Of a stretch of 54,907 nucleotides of DNA, positions 24,451 to 34,579 are shown in pieces. The notes below the pieces were generated by a model. That model saw only the letters and a list, made by a program, of their open reading frames with translations, was not told the DNA's origin and did not search any database. Source of the DNA: a virus. The stretch is taken from the IMG/VR virus record IMGVR_UViG_3300014208_000009, positions 1 to 54,907 of that record, one strand, 5' to 3'. The first letter of the stretch is position 1, and each line of letters begins with the position of its first letter. The position numbers were made by a program, and so were the translations under genes.

Positions 24451-24658
24451 CGATCAGCATAACGAAAGCGACTACCGCCCCAAAGATGGTAGTGAAATCA
24501 CCGCCAGGAATAGCTGCTGCAATCGTGTCCCAAGCATCTCTTAATACTTCTTTTTCTTCAGCACCGATTACCCCGAAGATAACCAATGCAGCCAGGATGA
24601 ACCCTATAATCGAAGTCAGGGTCGTCCAGATGTGTTCCTTGTCAAACATTTTTTTCAT
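24401..24658 (-). CDS. Holin candidate (85 aa, two TM helices, charged C-terminus)
   Basis: Contains LTSIIGFILAALVIFGVIG and IFGAVVAFVMLIVGLF, then KDPKPPKSENK. It lies directly upstream of the lysozyme gene. Confidence 0.6.
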   Translation of the reverse strand: MKKMFDKEHIWTTLTSIIGFILAALVIFGVIGAEEKEVLRDAWDTIAAAIPGGDFTTIFGAVVAFVMLIVGLFTKDPKPPKSENK

Positions 24659-24679
24659 TGTGTTTTGTATTTGTGATTA

Positions 24680-24925
24680 TTAAGGTGAAGTTTTTGCTAC
24701 TGTAAGTTTACTGCCAAGTTTTGCCGTACCAACAATAACAGCCCAACCGATAGAGGCTATCTTTTTATAGGGTTCCGGCACAAATAATTGTACGGCTATT
24801 TCCCCGGCCGGACCGCCAACCACTACAAACCAGTTAGCCAATTTTCTCCAAAATGGATGGTCGGGTTTAGCAATCCTGGCTTTTACGCTATCCGTTACGG
24901 ACTGAATTTTCTGATATGTTGTCAT
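24680..24925 (-). CDS. Second small membrane protein of the lysis cassette (81 aa)
   Basis: Two hydrophobic segments. ATGA-coupled to the upstream ORF. Confidence 0.45.
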   Translation of the reverse strand: MTTYQKIQSVTDSVKARIAKPDHPFWRKLANWFVVVGGPAGEIAVQLFVPEPYKKIASIGWAVIVGTAKLGSKLTVAKTSP

Positions 24926-25380
24926 TTGATTAAATGTGTTATTAGTAACGTAGCCAATCCTCCGGTAAGCAAAGAATACAAGGTTAGATAAATCCAGTTC
25001 TTTGAGGAGATATTTTCCAGTTTTCGAAGCCTATCTTCCCGCTTGCCATGAACCTCTTTTTCCAACTGTTCCAGATCCAAGCGATCTGCTTTGTTTTGTT
25101 CAAGGTCTGCAATCCGCTTAGTCGTGCCGTCTTTAATGTCCTTAATGTCATCCTTCAACCCCTCCATCCTTGTTTTGAGTTCAATCAACAGGTCATGATC
25201 GTCTGCGCTCTTTAGATGTAAGACTTTAACTGATGTAGCAGCGGCATCCGCTACTACTTTATGAGCTTCTTCGGCGGCATCCGCTATTTTTTTAGCAGCA
25301 ACACTCGAAGCATCCGCAATCACCTTCACCGCCTGTTGTGCGGCTTCGTCAAGTTCGTGGCGTGGGTTTTTGGTTGGCAT
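24922..25380 (-). CDS. Coiled-coil protein with a C-terminal TM anchor (152 aa), lysis-associated candidate
   Basis: Internal KxIADA repeats, a long helix, and a C-terminal NWIYLTLYSLLTGGLATLLITHLIK. Confidence 0.4.
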   Translation of the reverse strand: MPTKNPRHELDEAAQQAVKVIADASSVAAKKIADAAEEAHKVVADAAATSVKVLHLKSADDHDLLIELKTRMEGLKDDIKDIKDGTTKRIADLEQNKADRLDLEQLEKEVHGKREDRLRKLENISSKNWIYLTLYSLLTGGLATLLITHLIK

Positions 25381-25383
25381 TTT

Positions 25384-25839
25384 TTAATTCTTTTTTATCG
25401 TTATTATTAAATCTCGTTTTGCAACCGCTACCCCTCTTTTCCCAACATAGGAAGGCGTCAACCAACCTGTCGGAATGCTCTCGCTGGCCTGAAAGAATAA
25501 CACCCCGTTGACATACCACCGCATTGGGTCAGATTCCATTTTAAGGGTTACGGGTACTCCCGGCTCTAATTGAAAGCTGACGTCCTCAAACTGCCTTAAA
25601 ATGCCATCCTTGTAATACCTGGGGCTGATCCAACCGCCGTCATTCAAAGAGAAATTCATGCCGTTTCGATGGTAGTTGAAATTTCCGATGGCGGGTAACT
25701 TGATTCCGAAATGTTCCGGTTCAGTCAGAAAGTCGCCGAAAATACTTTCGTCTGCCACAAGGGTAAAAGAATAGTTCTTTCGCCAATACGGGAGTATCGG
25801 GCAAAGAGTAAAGTTATTATGTCCTTTTTTGCAGATCAT
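25384..25839 (-). CDS. Hypothetical protein (151 aa)
   Basis: ATGA-coupled to the LamG protein gene. Confidence 0.55.
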   Translation of the reverse strand: MICKKGHNNFTLCPILPYWRKNYSFTLVADESIFGDFLTEPEHFGIKLPAIGNFNYHRNGMNFSLNDGGWISPRYYKDGILRQFEDVSFQLEPGVPVTLKMESDPMRWYVNGVLFFQASESIPTGWLTPSYVGKRGVAVAKRDLIITIKKN

Positions 25840-27593
25840 TTCATTCCCCGATAAAGTGCGGTTATTTCTTCAGGAAGTAAAACCCTGTTATAGATTCGTG
25901 GGTCTTGGATAACCCCGTTAAATATGTAAGTCGTTGGTGATGCCAATCGTATTCCAAGTGTTAAATGGGCCGAAGTATTACCAAAAGTTGAAAATCCGCT
26001 ACCCGTCGGAGTAGCTGTTGTAGTAAGTGCAACACCATTTCTGTAACAAGTCCCAACTCCATTGTTATACACAAAGGCTACATTGTACCATGTATTTGTA
26101 CTTATTTGTGTAGTAGCACTCAAATAACTTGTACTATTTGTATTACTTCCAGAATCAAATAAAATAACCGAAATCGCTCCAGATGAAGATATACTGAATA
26201 GATACTCAGCAGTAGATGCCCCTGTATTTTTACTTAAAATAGTGTTAATTTGTCCTTTATTGACATTGATCCAAGCTGAAAAGGTAAATCCGTTATTCGG
26301 AAGCGTAAAACTACTCCGGTCTTCATAATCTGTTTTATCATTTACCCCGTCAAAATAAGTTGCACTCAAATCACTATTCACAGGTGTTATCAGAGTTGCT
26401 CCTGATACCGTTCCTGATACGGAATGATCCCGGTCAAGCCAGATCGTGCTGTACATACCGGATGGGTCGAGAAGTAAAGTCGTTCCGATCCAAATGGCTG
26501 TACCGTCACCTGTTCCTACTCCCGTTGCGGTAAATTCAGTTCCTGCATTGCTATTGACTGCCCCGATCAAAGTAAAGTTTGTTGTCCCCGGCACAAGAAT
26601 CCGGTATTTTTTACCCACTACAAACGACCCGGCTGTTATGGCTGCATTTGTTGCTCCCCTGCACACATAGGGCATCACAAACGTATTATTCTGAATGGCT
26701 GTGGAATAACTTAGGGCTTCTGTGGAGGATAAGGCACGGTTGAAGAGATAACAGTTAGAAACGTTACCTGAAAAGGTTGCTGACCCTGCTGTGGCATCTG
26801 CGATCCGTAAAACTCCGGCATTAGAAAGGGTAAGGGCAGCCGTTGAAATAGCAATCGTTTCCGATGAGGTTCCATTGACATAAAGAACGGCATTCCCCGT
26901 CCGGGTGCAAGTCACCATAGCCACAATGGAAGTTCCTGCGGTTAAAACATTCGTTCCGATAATCGCACTAACATCGGTCGTACCATCGTCAAGACGCAAA
27001 TACAGATCGTTGGTCGTTTGATAAAGCCCGTACCCAATTCCGGAGGCTTCTTTGTTTAATAGGTATTTTCCGGTTTCAGTTACATTGGCCGGGGTAAACT
27101 TGATCGCCATTGTAAAATCGGCTGTTCCTACGTCCAGTCTATCTGCATCGGCAAACTCAAAGTAATCGGTGCTGTTGGTTTCATACCACCGTCTCCCTTC
27201 TCTATTTCTCCCAACAACCGGGTAAGCCCCAGTAACCGTGCCTTTAGTCAAGGAAGATAGATCAAGTTGATAGGCGTTCTGTGCCCGTAAAAGACTTCCA
27301 TTTGTCCATGTGGTAGGAGTTGTACCCGTTGCTACGAATACCGCCCCTGAAGCATTGGCTGCCGCTCCAATATCAGCTACGTTGGTAAACACATCACCCG
27401 CTACAAAATGACCTACTTTATAGACCGTTCCAACAACCAATGATCCACTTATCAAAGCTGCTCCGGGTAGTGAGTTCCATTCGTCCAACGGGGCATGAAA
27501 GACTAGGTCGTTATGATCGTTCAGGATCGAGTTCTGCTGACCAAAGGAGGCCAGAGAAAAGAGTATGGCGAGAAGGGAAAGTGTGCGTTTCAT
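25836..27593 (-). CDS. Signal-peptide protein with two LamG/ConA-like lectin domains (585 aa)
   Basis: N-terminus MKRTLSLLAILFSLASFGQQ. Two Laminin_G_3-like modules end in YLFNRALSSTEALSY and DPRIYNRVLLPEEITALY. Confidence 0.7.
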   Translation of the reverse strand: MKRTLSLLAILFSLASFGQQNSILNDHNDLVFHAPLDEWNSLPGAALISGSLVVGTVYKVGHFVAGDVFTNVADIGAAANASGAVFVATGTTPTTWTNGSLLRAQNAYQLDLSSLTKGTVTGAYPVVGRNREGRRWYETNSTDYFEFADADRLDVGTADFTMAIKFTPANVTETGKYLLNKEASGIGYGLYQTTNDLYLRLDDGTTDVSAIIGTNVLTAGTSIVAMVTCTRTGNAVLYVNGTSSETIAISTAALTLSNAGVLRIADATAGSATFSGNVSNCYLFNRALSSTEALSYSTAIQNNTFVMPYVCRGATNAAITAGSFVVGKKYRILVPGTTNFTLIGAVNSNAGTEFTATGVGTGDGTAIWIGTTLLLDPSGMYSTIWLDRDHSVSGTVSGATLITPVNSDLSATYFDGVNDKTDYEDRSSFTLPNNGFTFSAWINVNKGQINTILSKNTGASTAEYLFSISSSGAISVILFDSGSNTNSTSYLSATTQISTNTWYNVAFVYNNGVGTCYRNGVALTTTATPTGSGFSTFGNTSAHLTLGIRLASPTTYIFNGVIQDPRIYNRVLLPEEITALYRGMK

Positions 27594-27596
27594 ATC

Positions 27597-30500
27597 TTAA
27601 AGTGTTATTATTCGGTAAGAAACATAGATATTAATAACTCCGGTACTTCCTCCTGTTACATCGGTTTCGCTTCGTAATAAAATTTGGGTATTTTCCAGAA
27701 TTGTATTACTGTCCGTATAGGTAAATGCTAAAGGAGAAAAAGATGTCATCTGATCATGGGCCGGGTCGTCAATCCATAACATTTCCAAATCAAACTGAGG
27801 ATAAGTACACCCCTTTGTGTTTAAATACAAACTAATTGCCTCACTAAATGCTGTTCCAGAGGCGTCCCATGATGCAGTTGCACATACTATTTGAACGGCA
27901 TATCCAGCACCGGGAGCGGGAATTATTTGAATCGGTCGGCTGTAAAGGATTCTTATACTATCAGCAGTTATTGTTTTCTTTATCGCCAAAACAGTTTCAA
28001 TCGGAGTACCGTTTATCTGATAGGTTTTCCCTGATGGAATATTTACCCCTGTCGCATTGGTGTTGAAAAGATTGGTTCCTCCTATGTCGGTAAAGTAATG
28101 ATAGTTCGATGAGGCTATATTTAAGGTCGTGGCGTTCCAAAATATCTTACTGTCCGATGCCCCTGCCGTTCCGAAAGCAGCAACTTTATTATCGTCAAAA
28201 ATCATATTAGTACCATCCCATGTAAGACCCGAAGTACCCCCGAATGATCCGGCATTGTTATATTGTAATTGAGTAGATGATCCACCGGGAGGCGTTGTAC
28301 CCGTCCCGGCAGCCCATGACATTGTTCCATCTACATTTTTAAGGTAATAATCTCCTGAAGTAGAAGAAAGTGCTGAAATTGTATTAGCAGATTGAGCCAC
28401 GAAAACCGATCCGGCTGCAACGCTTGTTAATCCTGTACCTCCTTTATTATAGGGAACCGTACCGAGTTCGTGAGTATGAGTAGTGGCAGAAGGGAATCCG
28501 TTTGTTGAGGTTCCTGTAACCGATGAGGGTGTTCCAAGCGTTACCGTTCCGGTTGTGGTAATAGTCGTAAAGTTCATCCCATTTCCGGCAGTAACCGAGG
28601 TTACGCTACCCCCACCACCGCCCGAAGCGGTCAGGTCGTAAACCGTACCATCGGAATTTTTGTAATAAAGTTTTTTGTCATTTAAGCCATACAAACTACC
28701 ATACCCGGCTGGCGGTGAAAGTGGAGCACCTGTTCTTTCTTGAAAATCTAACTGAGCATTCTCATAACCGGAAGCATTATAAATAGTTGTATAACCATTT
28801 ATAGATATTCCGGTTGAGGTTGTGGATAGTCTTACATTTCCTGTTCCGGCATATAATTCTACCCCTCCAAGATATTTTAACCTCATGCTCGTCGTTCCAC
28901 CATAACTATTAAAATAGGTATAACCATATTCATACAAGTTTTCAAAATAAGTATCATTGCCAGAGGAATAAATCTTATATCGAAGAGCATTACTGGCATT
29001 ATAAGTCAAAAGGGATTTTCCACCTAATATTTTTAAACTGTCAGCCATTGATACCTTTCCTGAAAAGGTCGCCCCAGTTAATCGGGCAAACAATCCAAGA
29101 GTATCAGTTAATCCAATATCAGAGTACAACTCCGCCCCAGTACGATATTTTACTGTATCGGTATCAAGTGCCAGAAACTTATCTAAGTCAGTTGTAGCGT
29201 GAGATATGGTTCCTAAATTGTTTAATGTAGTACTGGCAAACCCGTTGCTTAAACTTAATTTTGACCCGTCTGGCCTTTTGAAATATAATTCATCATCTGT
29301 TGATAGCATATACAAAAAACCGATCCCGGCTGACGGTGCTGGCTCTGTTGCCTGTGGAAACTCGTGAAGATCAGCTTCGACAAAAACAAAAGTTCCTTTC
29401 GATCCATAAATATCTGCCCACCGATAAGAGGGTGCTCCCAAATCATAGGTTATATCTGCCTTTGGAATAATGTCTGTTGTTATGTCGTCTTTGGTAGCAA
29501 TAGTTGATGTTGTGTCTGCAAAATGTAATACCTTAGAAGAATCAGCGGCCCAAACAGGATCGGTTTCGGTTCTCAAAAATGACAATGTATCGAGATCATA
29601 TTTTGTGGCAATCAAGTCGGTTGTATCAGCCCAATGAAGCCAATTTGCAGAATCAGCTTCAAGATCGTTTAACCGACCATCAAAGACCGCTACCGAATCC
29701 CATGCAGTTTGATAGTGAGTTGTATCATCCTCAATATGAGTTAGCCTTAGTTTTGTACTGTCAATCTTCAAGTTAGTGGTATCTCTCAATCCTTCTACAT
29801 CAGTTAGTTTTGCATACCCAGCAATCGAATCCGCTATAATCGTTCCGTTAAAATCAAGTGTCCGGCCTGAAATTCCCTGTGCGCCATCGGCAATACCAAA
29901 TAATCGTAACAAATATTCTCCGGAAAGAACATAATTGACACCTAAAGTATCTCCGTATAAAGCATTGACGTTGGGAATGTTGACAATATTATATCGAGAA
30001 TCGGGAAGTGTGCGTAACGCTGAAAGATTAGCAGGATATAGAGCTGATACCGTACTATCGGCATCTTTTTCCCAGATACCTTCAGTCTCAAGGGTCTTAC
30101 CCTCCAATGCCACAATCCGGTCTGAATGATCCCCGGTTGTATCCCGGACAATATTCAGACTGTCGGTTAATTGGGTCGGAGTAATGAAAGTCGTTAGTGA
30201 ATCGTGAAAGTGAACCCAATTTGCACTATCTGCCTCCAAAGCATTTAACCGGGTATAGTGATCATTAGTTGTATCTCTGACTATGTTCAGGGAATCGGTT
30301 AATTGCGAGGGTGATATGAAAGTTATCAAACTATCAGCAAAATGAACCCAATTAATAGAATCAGCCTCAAGTGCGTTTAGTCTGATAGCATGGGCATCTG
30401 TTGTATCAATCTCCAATAAAAGAGAATCGGTATGCCAATCCAACCTACGGTGAAAGATAGCCACACTATCCCAGGCCGTTTGGTAATGCGTAGTATCATT

Positions 30501-31775
30501 TTCGATAGCCGGAAGCCGTGTATTAAGAATTGTTTTTAGACTATCTGTATGATTGTCGAATCGGGTGTGAAATATTGCAACAGAATCCCATGCTGTTTGG
30601 TAATGGGTAGTGTCGTTCTCAATGGCAATCAGTCGAGTATTATGTGCGGAAATTGTATCTTCCGCTTTCACAAATGAAGTAAACAAAGAAAGGTCTATTG
30701 AATCCGTTCCGCCTGTCAACATCAGGGTATCACCTGATAAAGACAAGTCGAGTTGAACGTCACCAATCAGCGAGTTTACCGAGGTAACTATCTGGGAAGG
30801 GTTGACGGCTTCCCAGACAGAGCCGTTATGAATAGCCGTTCCCCCGGTTTGAAAAGTCACGTTACCTGAACCGAGGTCTTGTGTTCCGCCCGTAGAAACA
30901 ATGTAGAAATCACCGTTTGATCCAGTTGCATCTGAAATGGTTGGGGTGTTGGTATTTGCGTTCCAGACCCCTTTATACGAACTGGTCTGCATCTGCCAGG
31001 TTCCATACCCGTTAGCATCCGTTTTCAGAATGTACCCGTTGCTGGCCCCAGTCGCCATACGGAAAGTCTTGATAATCAGGCTATCATTGACGATCATGTA
31101 GTCCGATTCTATGCTATCCGTAGCGTGAACATCGGTAGCGTGTAACCGTCCGGAAATGGTCTGATCCTTCAGAAAGTTATTATCCCTATTACGGTAAGCG
31201 ATAGAATCTAACGTGCCTGTTTTATTGATATCAACACCATTTAAAAGATATTTCGTAACAGCATTAATACTATCTCCTTGCACTTGTCCGGTCGCTCGTA
31301 AACTGGAAACCAAAATAGAATCCGCTTCCAGTTTGCCCTTGGCCTTGATACCGTAGTAAGATATGCCTCTTGCACCGTCTGAAACTCCGTACACACTAAA
31401 GACCCTATTGCCTGATATGACCTGACTAATTTCAAGCGTATCACCATTAGCAGCGTTTACATTTGGAAGATTGGCCGTCACATATCGGGCATCAGGTAGT
31501 AACTCAAATGCGGAAATATGAAACTGCGAAAAGTCGTTTTTGACTTCGACATAATCAATCCATTCTGTAAGACTTGAAAGTGAGGCGGTTCCCGACAATC
31601 CTGTTAGTGCCTGATACAACTTGGTACGCTGAATGTCATAAATCAGCGTACCTTGCTGAATCGGTGAAACGAATGTAGTTGACGAGTTCGGTACTCGCTT
31701 GATATAAGCAGGTGAGGTTTGGGAATAGACCCAAATCGGAATAAACAGAAGTAGGACAAGAAGGTATCGCTTCAT
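27597..31775 (-). CDS. Giant fibre-like repeat protein with an N-terminal signal peptide (1392 aa)
   Basis: N-terminus MKRYLLVLLLFIPIWVYSQT. The composition is Thr/Ser/Gly/Asn-rich and beta-rich. It has internal repeats, and its N-terminal ~270 aa are paralogous to ORF 32448..34052. Confidence 0.75.
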   Translation of the reverse strand: MKRYLLVLLLFIPIWVYSQTSPAYIKRVPNSSTTFVSPIQQGTLIYDIQRTKLYQALTGLSGTASLSSLTEWIDYVEVKNDFSQFHISAFELLPDARYVTANLPNVNAANGDTLEISQVISGNRVFSVYGVSDGARGISYYGIKAKGKLEADSILVSSLRATGQVQGDSINAVTKYLLNGVDINKTGTLDSIAYRNRDNNFLKDQTISGRLHATDVHATDSIESDYMIVNDSLIIKTFRMATGASNGYILKTDANGYGTWQMQTSSYKGVWNANTNTPTISDATGSNGDFYIVSTGGTQDLGSGNVTFQTGGTAIHNGSVWEAVNPSQIVTSVNSLIGDVQLDLSLSGDTLMLTGGTDSIDLSLFTSFVKAEDTISAHNTRLIAIENDTTHYQTAWDSVAIFHTRFDNHTDSLKTILNTRLPAIENDTTHYQTAWDSVAIFHRRLDWHTDSLLLEIDTTDAHAIRLNALEADSINWVHFADSLITFISPSQLTDSLNIVRDTTNDHYTRLNALEADSANWVHFHDSLTTFITPTQLTDSLNIVRDTTGDHSDRIVALEGKTLETEGIWEKDADSTVSALYPANLSALRTLPDSRYNIVNIPNVNALYGDTLGVNYVLSGEYLLRLFGIADGAQGISGRTLDFNGTIIADSIAGYAKLTDVEGLRDTTNLKIDSTKLRLTHIEDDTTHYQTAWDSVAVFDGRLNDLEADSANWLHWADTTDLIATKYDLDTLSFLRTETDPVWAADSSKVLHFADTTSTIATKDDITTDIIPKADITYDLGAPSYRWADIYGSKGTFVFVEADLHEFPQATEPAPSAGIGFLYMLSTDDELYFKRPDGSKLSLSNGFASTTLNNLGTISHATTDLDKFLALDTDTVKYRTGAELYSDIGLTDTLGLFARLTGATFSGKVSMADSLKILGGKSLLTYNASNALRYKIYSSGNDTYFENLYEYGYTYFNSYGGTTSMRLKYLGGVELYAGTGNVRLSTTSTGISINGYTTIYNASGYENAQLDFQERTGAPLSPPAGYGSLYGLNDKKLYYKNSDGTVYDLTASGGGGGSVTSVTAGNGMNFTTITTTGTVTLGTPSSVTGTSTNGFPSATTHTHELGTVPYNKGGTGLTSVAAGSVFVAQSANTISALSSTSGDYYLKNVDGTMSWAAGTGTTPPGGSSTQLQYNNAGSFGGTSGLTWDGTNMIFDDNKVAAFGTAGASDSKIFWNATTLNIASSNYHYFTDIGGTNLFNTNATGVNIPSGKTYQINGTPIETVLAIKKTITADSIRILYSRPIQIIPAPGAGYAVQIVCATASWDASGTAFSEAISLYLNTKGCTYPQFDLEMLWIDDPAHDQMTSFSPLAFTYTDSNTILENTQILLRSETDVTGGSTGVINIYVSYRIITL
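29600..30650 (-). repeat. Intragenic tandem repeat modules in the 1392-aa gene
   Basis: IE(N/D)DTTHYQTAWDSVA(I/V)F occurs 3 times and LNALEADS(I/A)NWVHF..SL.TFI.P.QLTDSLNIVRDTT occurs twice, plus a third partial copy. The repeats are also visible at DNA level. Confidence 0.85.
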
Positions 31776-32440
31776 TATTTCATATAACTAACCGAAATCA
31801 CATCATACTTATAGATCGGGATATTCAGTTGAACAAACTTGTTAACTAATGCCGGAGCCATAACGGTATATTGCCCTGCTGCAACGTGGCGAAGTTCAAC
31901 CCCGTTGACACTAACCGTAAAAGCGGTACTATCCTTGCAAACATTAGCAATCTGAACCGTATAATAACCACTCCCAGTAACAGTAATGGAATCTCCAACC
32001 GCTTCAAAGGTTTCCCCGATATACGCACCTGATCCGGTCGCAATGCCGTCTAACTTTGTCTTATCGGCTGCCGTTAAAACACCCGCATAGGAGGTCGTGG
32101 CTGCACCAATTTGCAATGCCTGATAACTCGCTTTTGTTGAATCAATAGCGATAGCGTAATTCACCGCTCCCCGTGTTCCAGAGTTTTGAACCGTTGTCCG
32201 GACAAACTCAATTTCAGCAGCCGCCCAAGCCGTATTAATGGTTCTTGTAGAAGCCACACCAGCAGCTTTTACATTCCAATCTGTCGAATCTGCTACGCAA
32301 AAGATCTTCGTTCCAGAAGGAAGATTCACATCAAACGTAGAGGTTCGAGTAGGAACCCGGACAATTTTGCCCGGAGTAGCCTGCGAATACCCTACAAGGG
32401 CAACGGCAAGCATGATCGAAAGAATAACTAACTTTTTCAT
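31775..32440 (-). CDS. Signal-peptide protein (221 aa from the ATG)
   Basis: The track start at 32446 is TTG; the ATG is at 32440. N-terminus MKKLVILSIMLAVALVGYSQA. The segment just after the signal peptide resembles that of the 1392-aa protein (KIVRVPTRTSTF vs IKRVPNSSTTF). Confidence 0.65.
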   Translation of the reverse strand: MKKLVILSIMLAVALVGYSQATPGKIVRVPTRTSTFDVNLPSGTKIFCVADSTDWNVKAAGVASTRTINTAWAAAEIEFVRTTVQNSGTRGAVNYAIAIDSTKASYQALQIGAATTSYAGVLTAADKTKLDGIATGSGAYIGETFEAVGDSITVTGSGYYTVQIANVCKDSTAFTVSVNGVELRHVAAGQYTVMAPALVNKFVQLNIPIYKYDVISVSYMK

Positions 32441-32447
32441 TTTCAAT

Positions 32448-34052
32448 TTAATTTGTGATTATTACTGTATCATATTTTCGTGTATCTAAAGCCAATGTTA
32501 AAGTAGTTGTACCTTCTCCTGACCATAACGAGGTCGGGATGATCCAACCGTTGTAAAAAACTTTTGCTGTTGCATGAATTGGGAAAGAAACCGTAAAATC
32601 ATTTTCTGAATCTGCCTCAAGTTCCCGTTCCCAAAGTGTTCCGGTTTCAAGGGCAACAATCGAAGAGGCCAGAGAAATATCCACCGAAGCCCCTCCGGTC
32701 AGAGAAAGAGTATCGGCATCCAGACTTAAATCGAGTTGAACATCCCCTATCAAAGAGTTGACTGAAGTAACAATTTGTGACGGGTTAATAGCCTCCCAAA
32801 CCGTACCGGAATAAATTGCCGTACCTCCGGTTAGAAAGATCACATCACCCGATCCTAAATCAATGGTATCGCCAACACTCACCAAATAGAAGTCCCCGGC
32901 TGATCCTGTTCCATCAATAAGTGTCGGGGTATTTGTATGGGCATCCCAAGTGCCTTTGTAAGCGTTCGTTATAGCCTCCCAACTCCCGTTTCCGTCTGCA
33001 TCACACTTTAAGACATACCCGTTTGACGGCGTAGTGGAAAGTTGAAAATGAGCCGTCTTGACAGAATCCGAAGCAAAAAAGCTGGCTGCTGAAATACTGT
33101 CAGTCGCATGAACATCGGTTGCATATAGTCTCCCGGTAATCGTTTGATCTACCGTGAAATTGTTGTCCTGATCTATATAAGCTATCGTATCAAGCGTACC
33201 CGTTACCCGAATGTCAACACCATTTAAAAGGTATTTCGTTACGGCATTGATGCTGTCCCCCTGAACTTGTCCGGTTGCCCGTAGTCGGGAGGTTACAATC
33301 GAATCAGCCTCTAATTTGCCTTTGGCCTTGATGCCATAGTATTGTATTCCTCCTGCTCCGTCCGCCACTCCATATACACCAAATACCCGACTACCAGAAA
33401 TAACCTGACTGATCTCAAGGGTATCTCCGTAAGTTGCCCGGACATTGGGAATACTGGCAATTGTGTATCGGGAATCAGGAAGTAATCGTAAGGCAGAAAG
33501 GTTGACTGGGTAATAAGACGAAGTAGTTGAATCCGCATCTTTGACCCAAATCTGTTCAGCAGTAATGTAGGGTATAAGACTTTCTATTTTATCCCGTATT
33601 GCATTAGAAGTCGGAACCCGCATACTGTTATTCCAGGTTGTAGCCGAATAAGCCCGATCTGCAACAGTTAAAGAATCCGTGACTACTGCGTTTCCTGTCG
33701 ATTTTAAATAGCCTGACTGAATAGAATCGGTATTCGATATTTTGAAAGCCCCGGCATTCCAATCTCCGGTAAGTTGGCGAGTTCCGTCACGAAGGACATA
33801 ATTGCCGACCGAATCCCCTAATTGGGTAGGGGTGACAAAACGAATCAAAGAATCCAGACCCCGCATGATCTGACTGTAAGCAGAACTATCCCGGATTTCG
33901 ACATAGTGGTTGAAATCATAAATCTTTGCTCCGGTCGTGGGTGCAGCAGGACGGGTCGTTTGCTTCGGAAGATTGAGCGTATTGGTTGTAATCGGGGTTT
34001 GCCCGTAAAGGGCAGAACCAATTAAAAATAATATTAACAGTAATTTTCTCAT
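32448..34052 (-). CDS. Fibre-like protein with an N-terminal signal peptide (534 aa)
   Basis: N-terminus MRKLLLILFLIGSALYGQTP. Residues ~165-455 are paralogous to residues ~90-356 of the 1392-aa protein. Confidence 0.75.
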   Translation of the reverse strand: MRKLLLILFLIGSALYGQTPITTNTLNLPKQTTRPAAPTTGAKIYDFNHYVEIRDSSAYSQIMRGLDSLIRFVTPTQLGDSVGNYVLRDGTRQLTGDWNAGAFKISNTDSIQSGYLKSTGNAVVTDSLTVADRAYSATTWNNSMRVPTSNAIRDKIESLIPYITAEQIWVKDADSTTSSYYPVNLSALRLLPDSRYTIASIPNVRATYGDTLEISQVISGSRVFGVYGVADGAGGIQYYGIKAKGKLEADSIVTSRLRATGQVQGDSINAVTKYLLNGVDIRVTGTLDTIAYIDQDNNFTVDQTITGRLYATDVHATDSISAASFFASDSVKTAHFQLSTTPSNGYVLKCDADGNGSWEAITNAYKGTWDAHTNTPTLIDGTGSAGDFYLVSVGDTIDLGSGDVIFLTGGTAIYSGTVWEAINPSQIVTSVNSLIGDVQLDLSLDADTLSLTGGASVDISLASSIVALETGTLWERELEADSENDFTVSFPIHATAKVFYNGWIIPTSLWSGEGTTTLTLALDTRKYDTVIITN

Positions 34053-34579
34053 AGGTCACTTTCACAACTATTATCCCCGTACATAGAAAAATCAATCCTG
34101 AATCCGCTTCGTTTTCGCATCAACATCGAATTTTCATGATAATCGAAAGCGGTAAATTCTGCAAACGGGTCTTTCATTTCCACATAAAGACCGAAACATT
34201 CATTCTCTCTTAGTTTAATAACACAGTCATTAACTAAGGACATTGTAAAGTCGTTATTATTCGTTTGGATCTTGTCAAGGCGACACCATATATATAAAGA
34301 GAAATTATAGGTGTTCAGATATCCGGGTTCCCCAATCTGAAAACCGTTATTGGTAAAGAACGAAAATGCCTTTACATCAGTATCAGGATAAAGAGGGTAG
34401 TATTCACTTGTGCCATCTTCAGCATAGACATATGGATAAGTCTTGTCTTCGTCATTAATGCCTGTTTCAGCGATAGGATAAACATATTCAATCCAAGCCA
34501 ATGTAAGCAAATCACTCGCTAACGTCTGAATGACGGCATCCGCAAGGACAGGATTCGTTAAAAAGGGTACTGTTTTCAT
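34049..34579 (-). CDS. Tail tip/baseplate-region protein (176 aa)
   Basis: ATGA-coupled on both sides. The call rests on position only. Confidence 0.5.
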   Translation of the reverse strand: MKTVPFLTNPVLADAVIQTLASDLLTLAWIEYVYPIAETGINDEDKTYPYVYAEDGTSEYYPLYPDTDVKAFSFFTNNGFQIGEPGYLNTYNFSLYIWCRLDKIQTNNNDFTMSLVNDCVIKLRENECFGLYVEMKDPFAEFTAFDYHENSMLMRKRSGFRIDFSMYGDNSCESDL

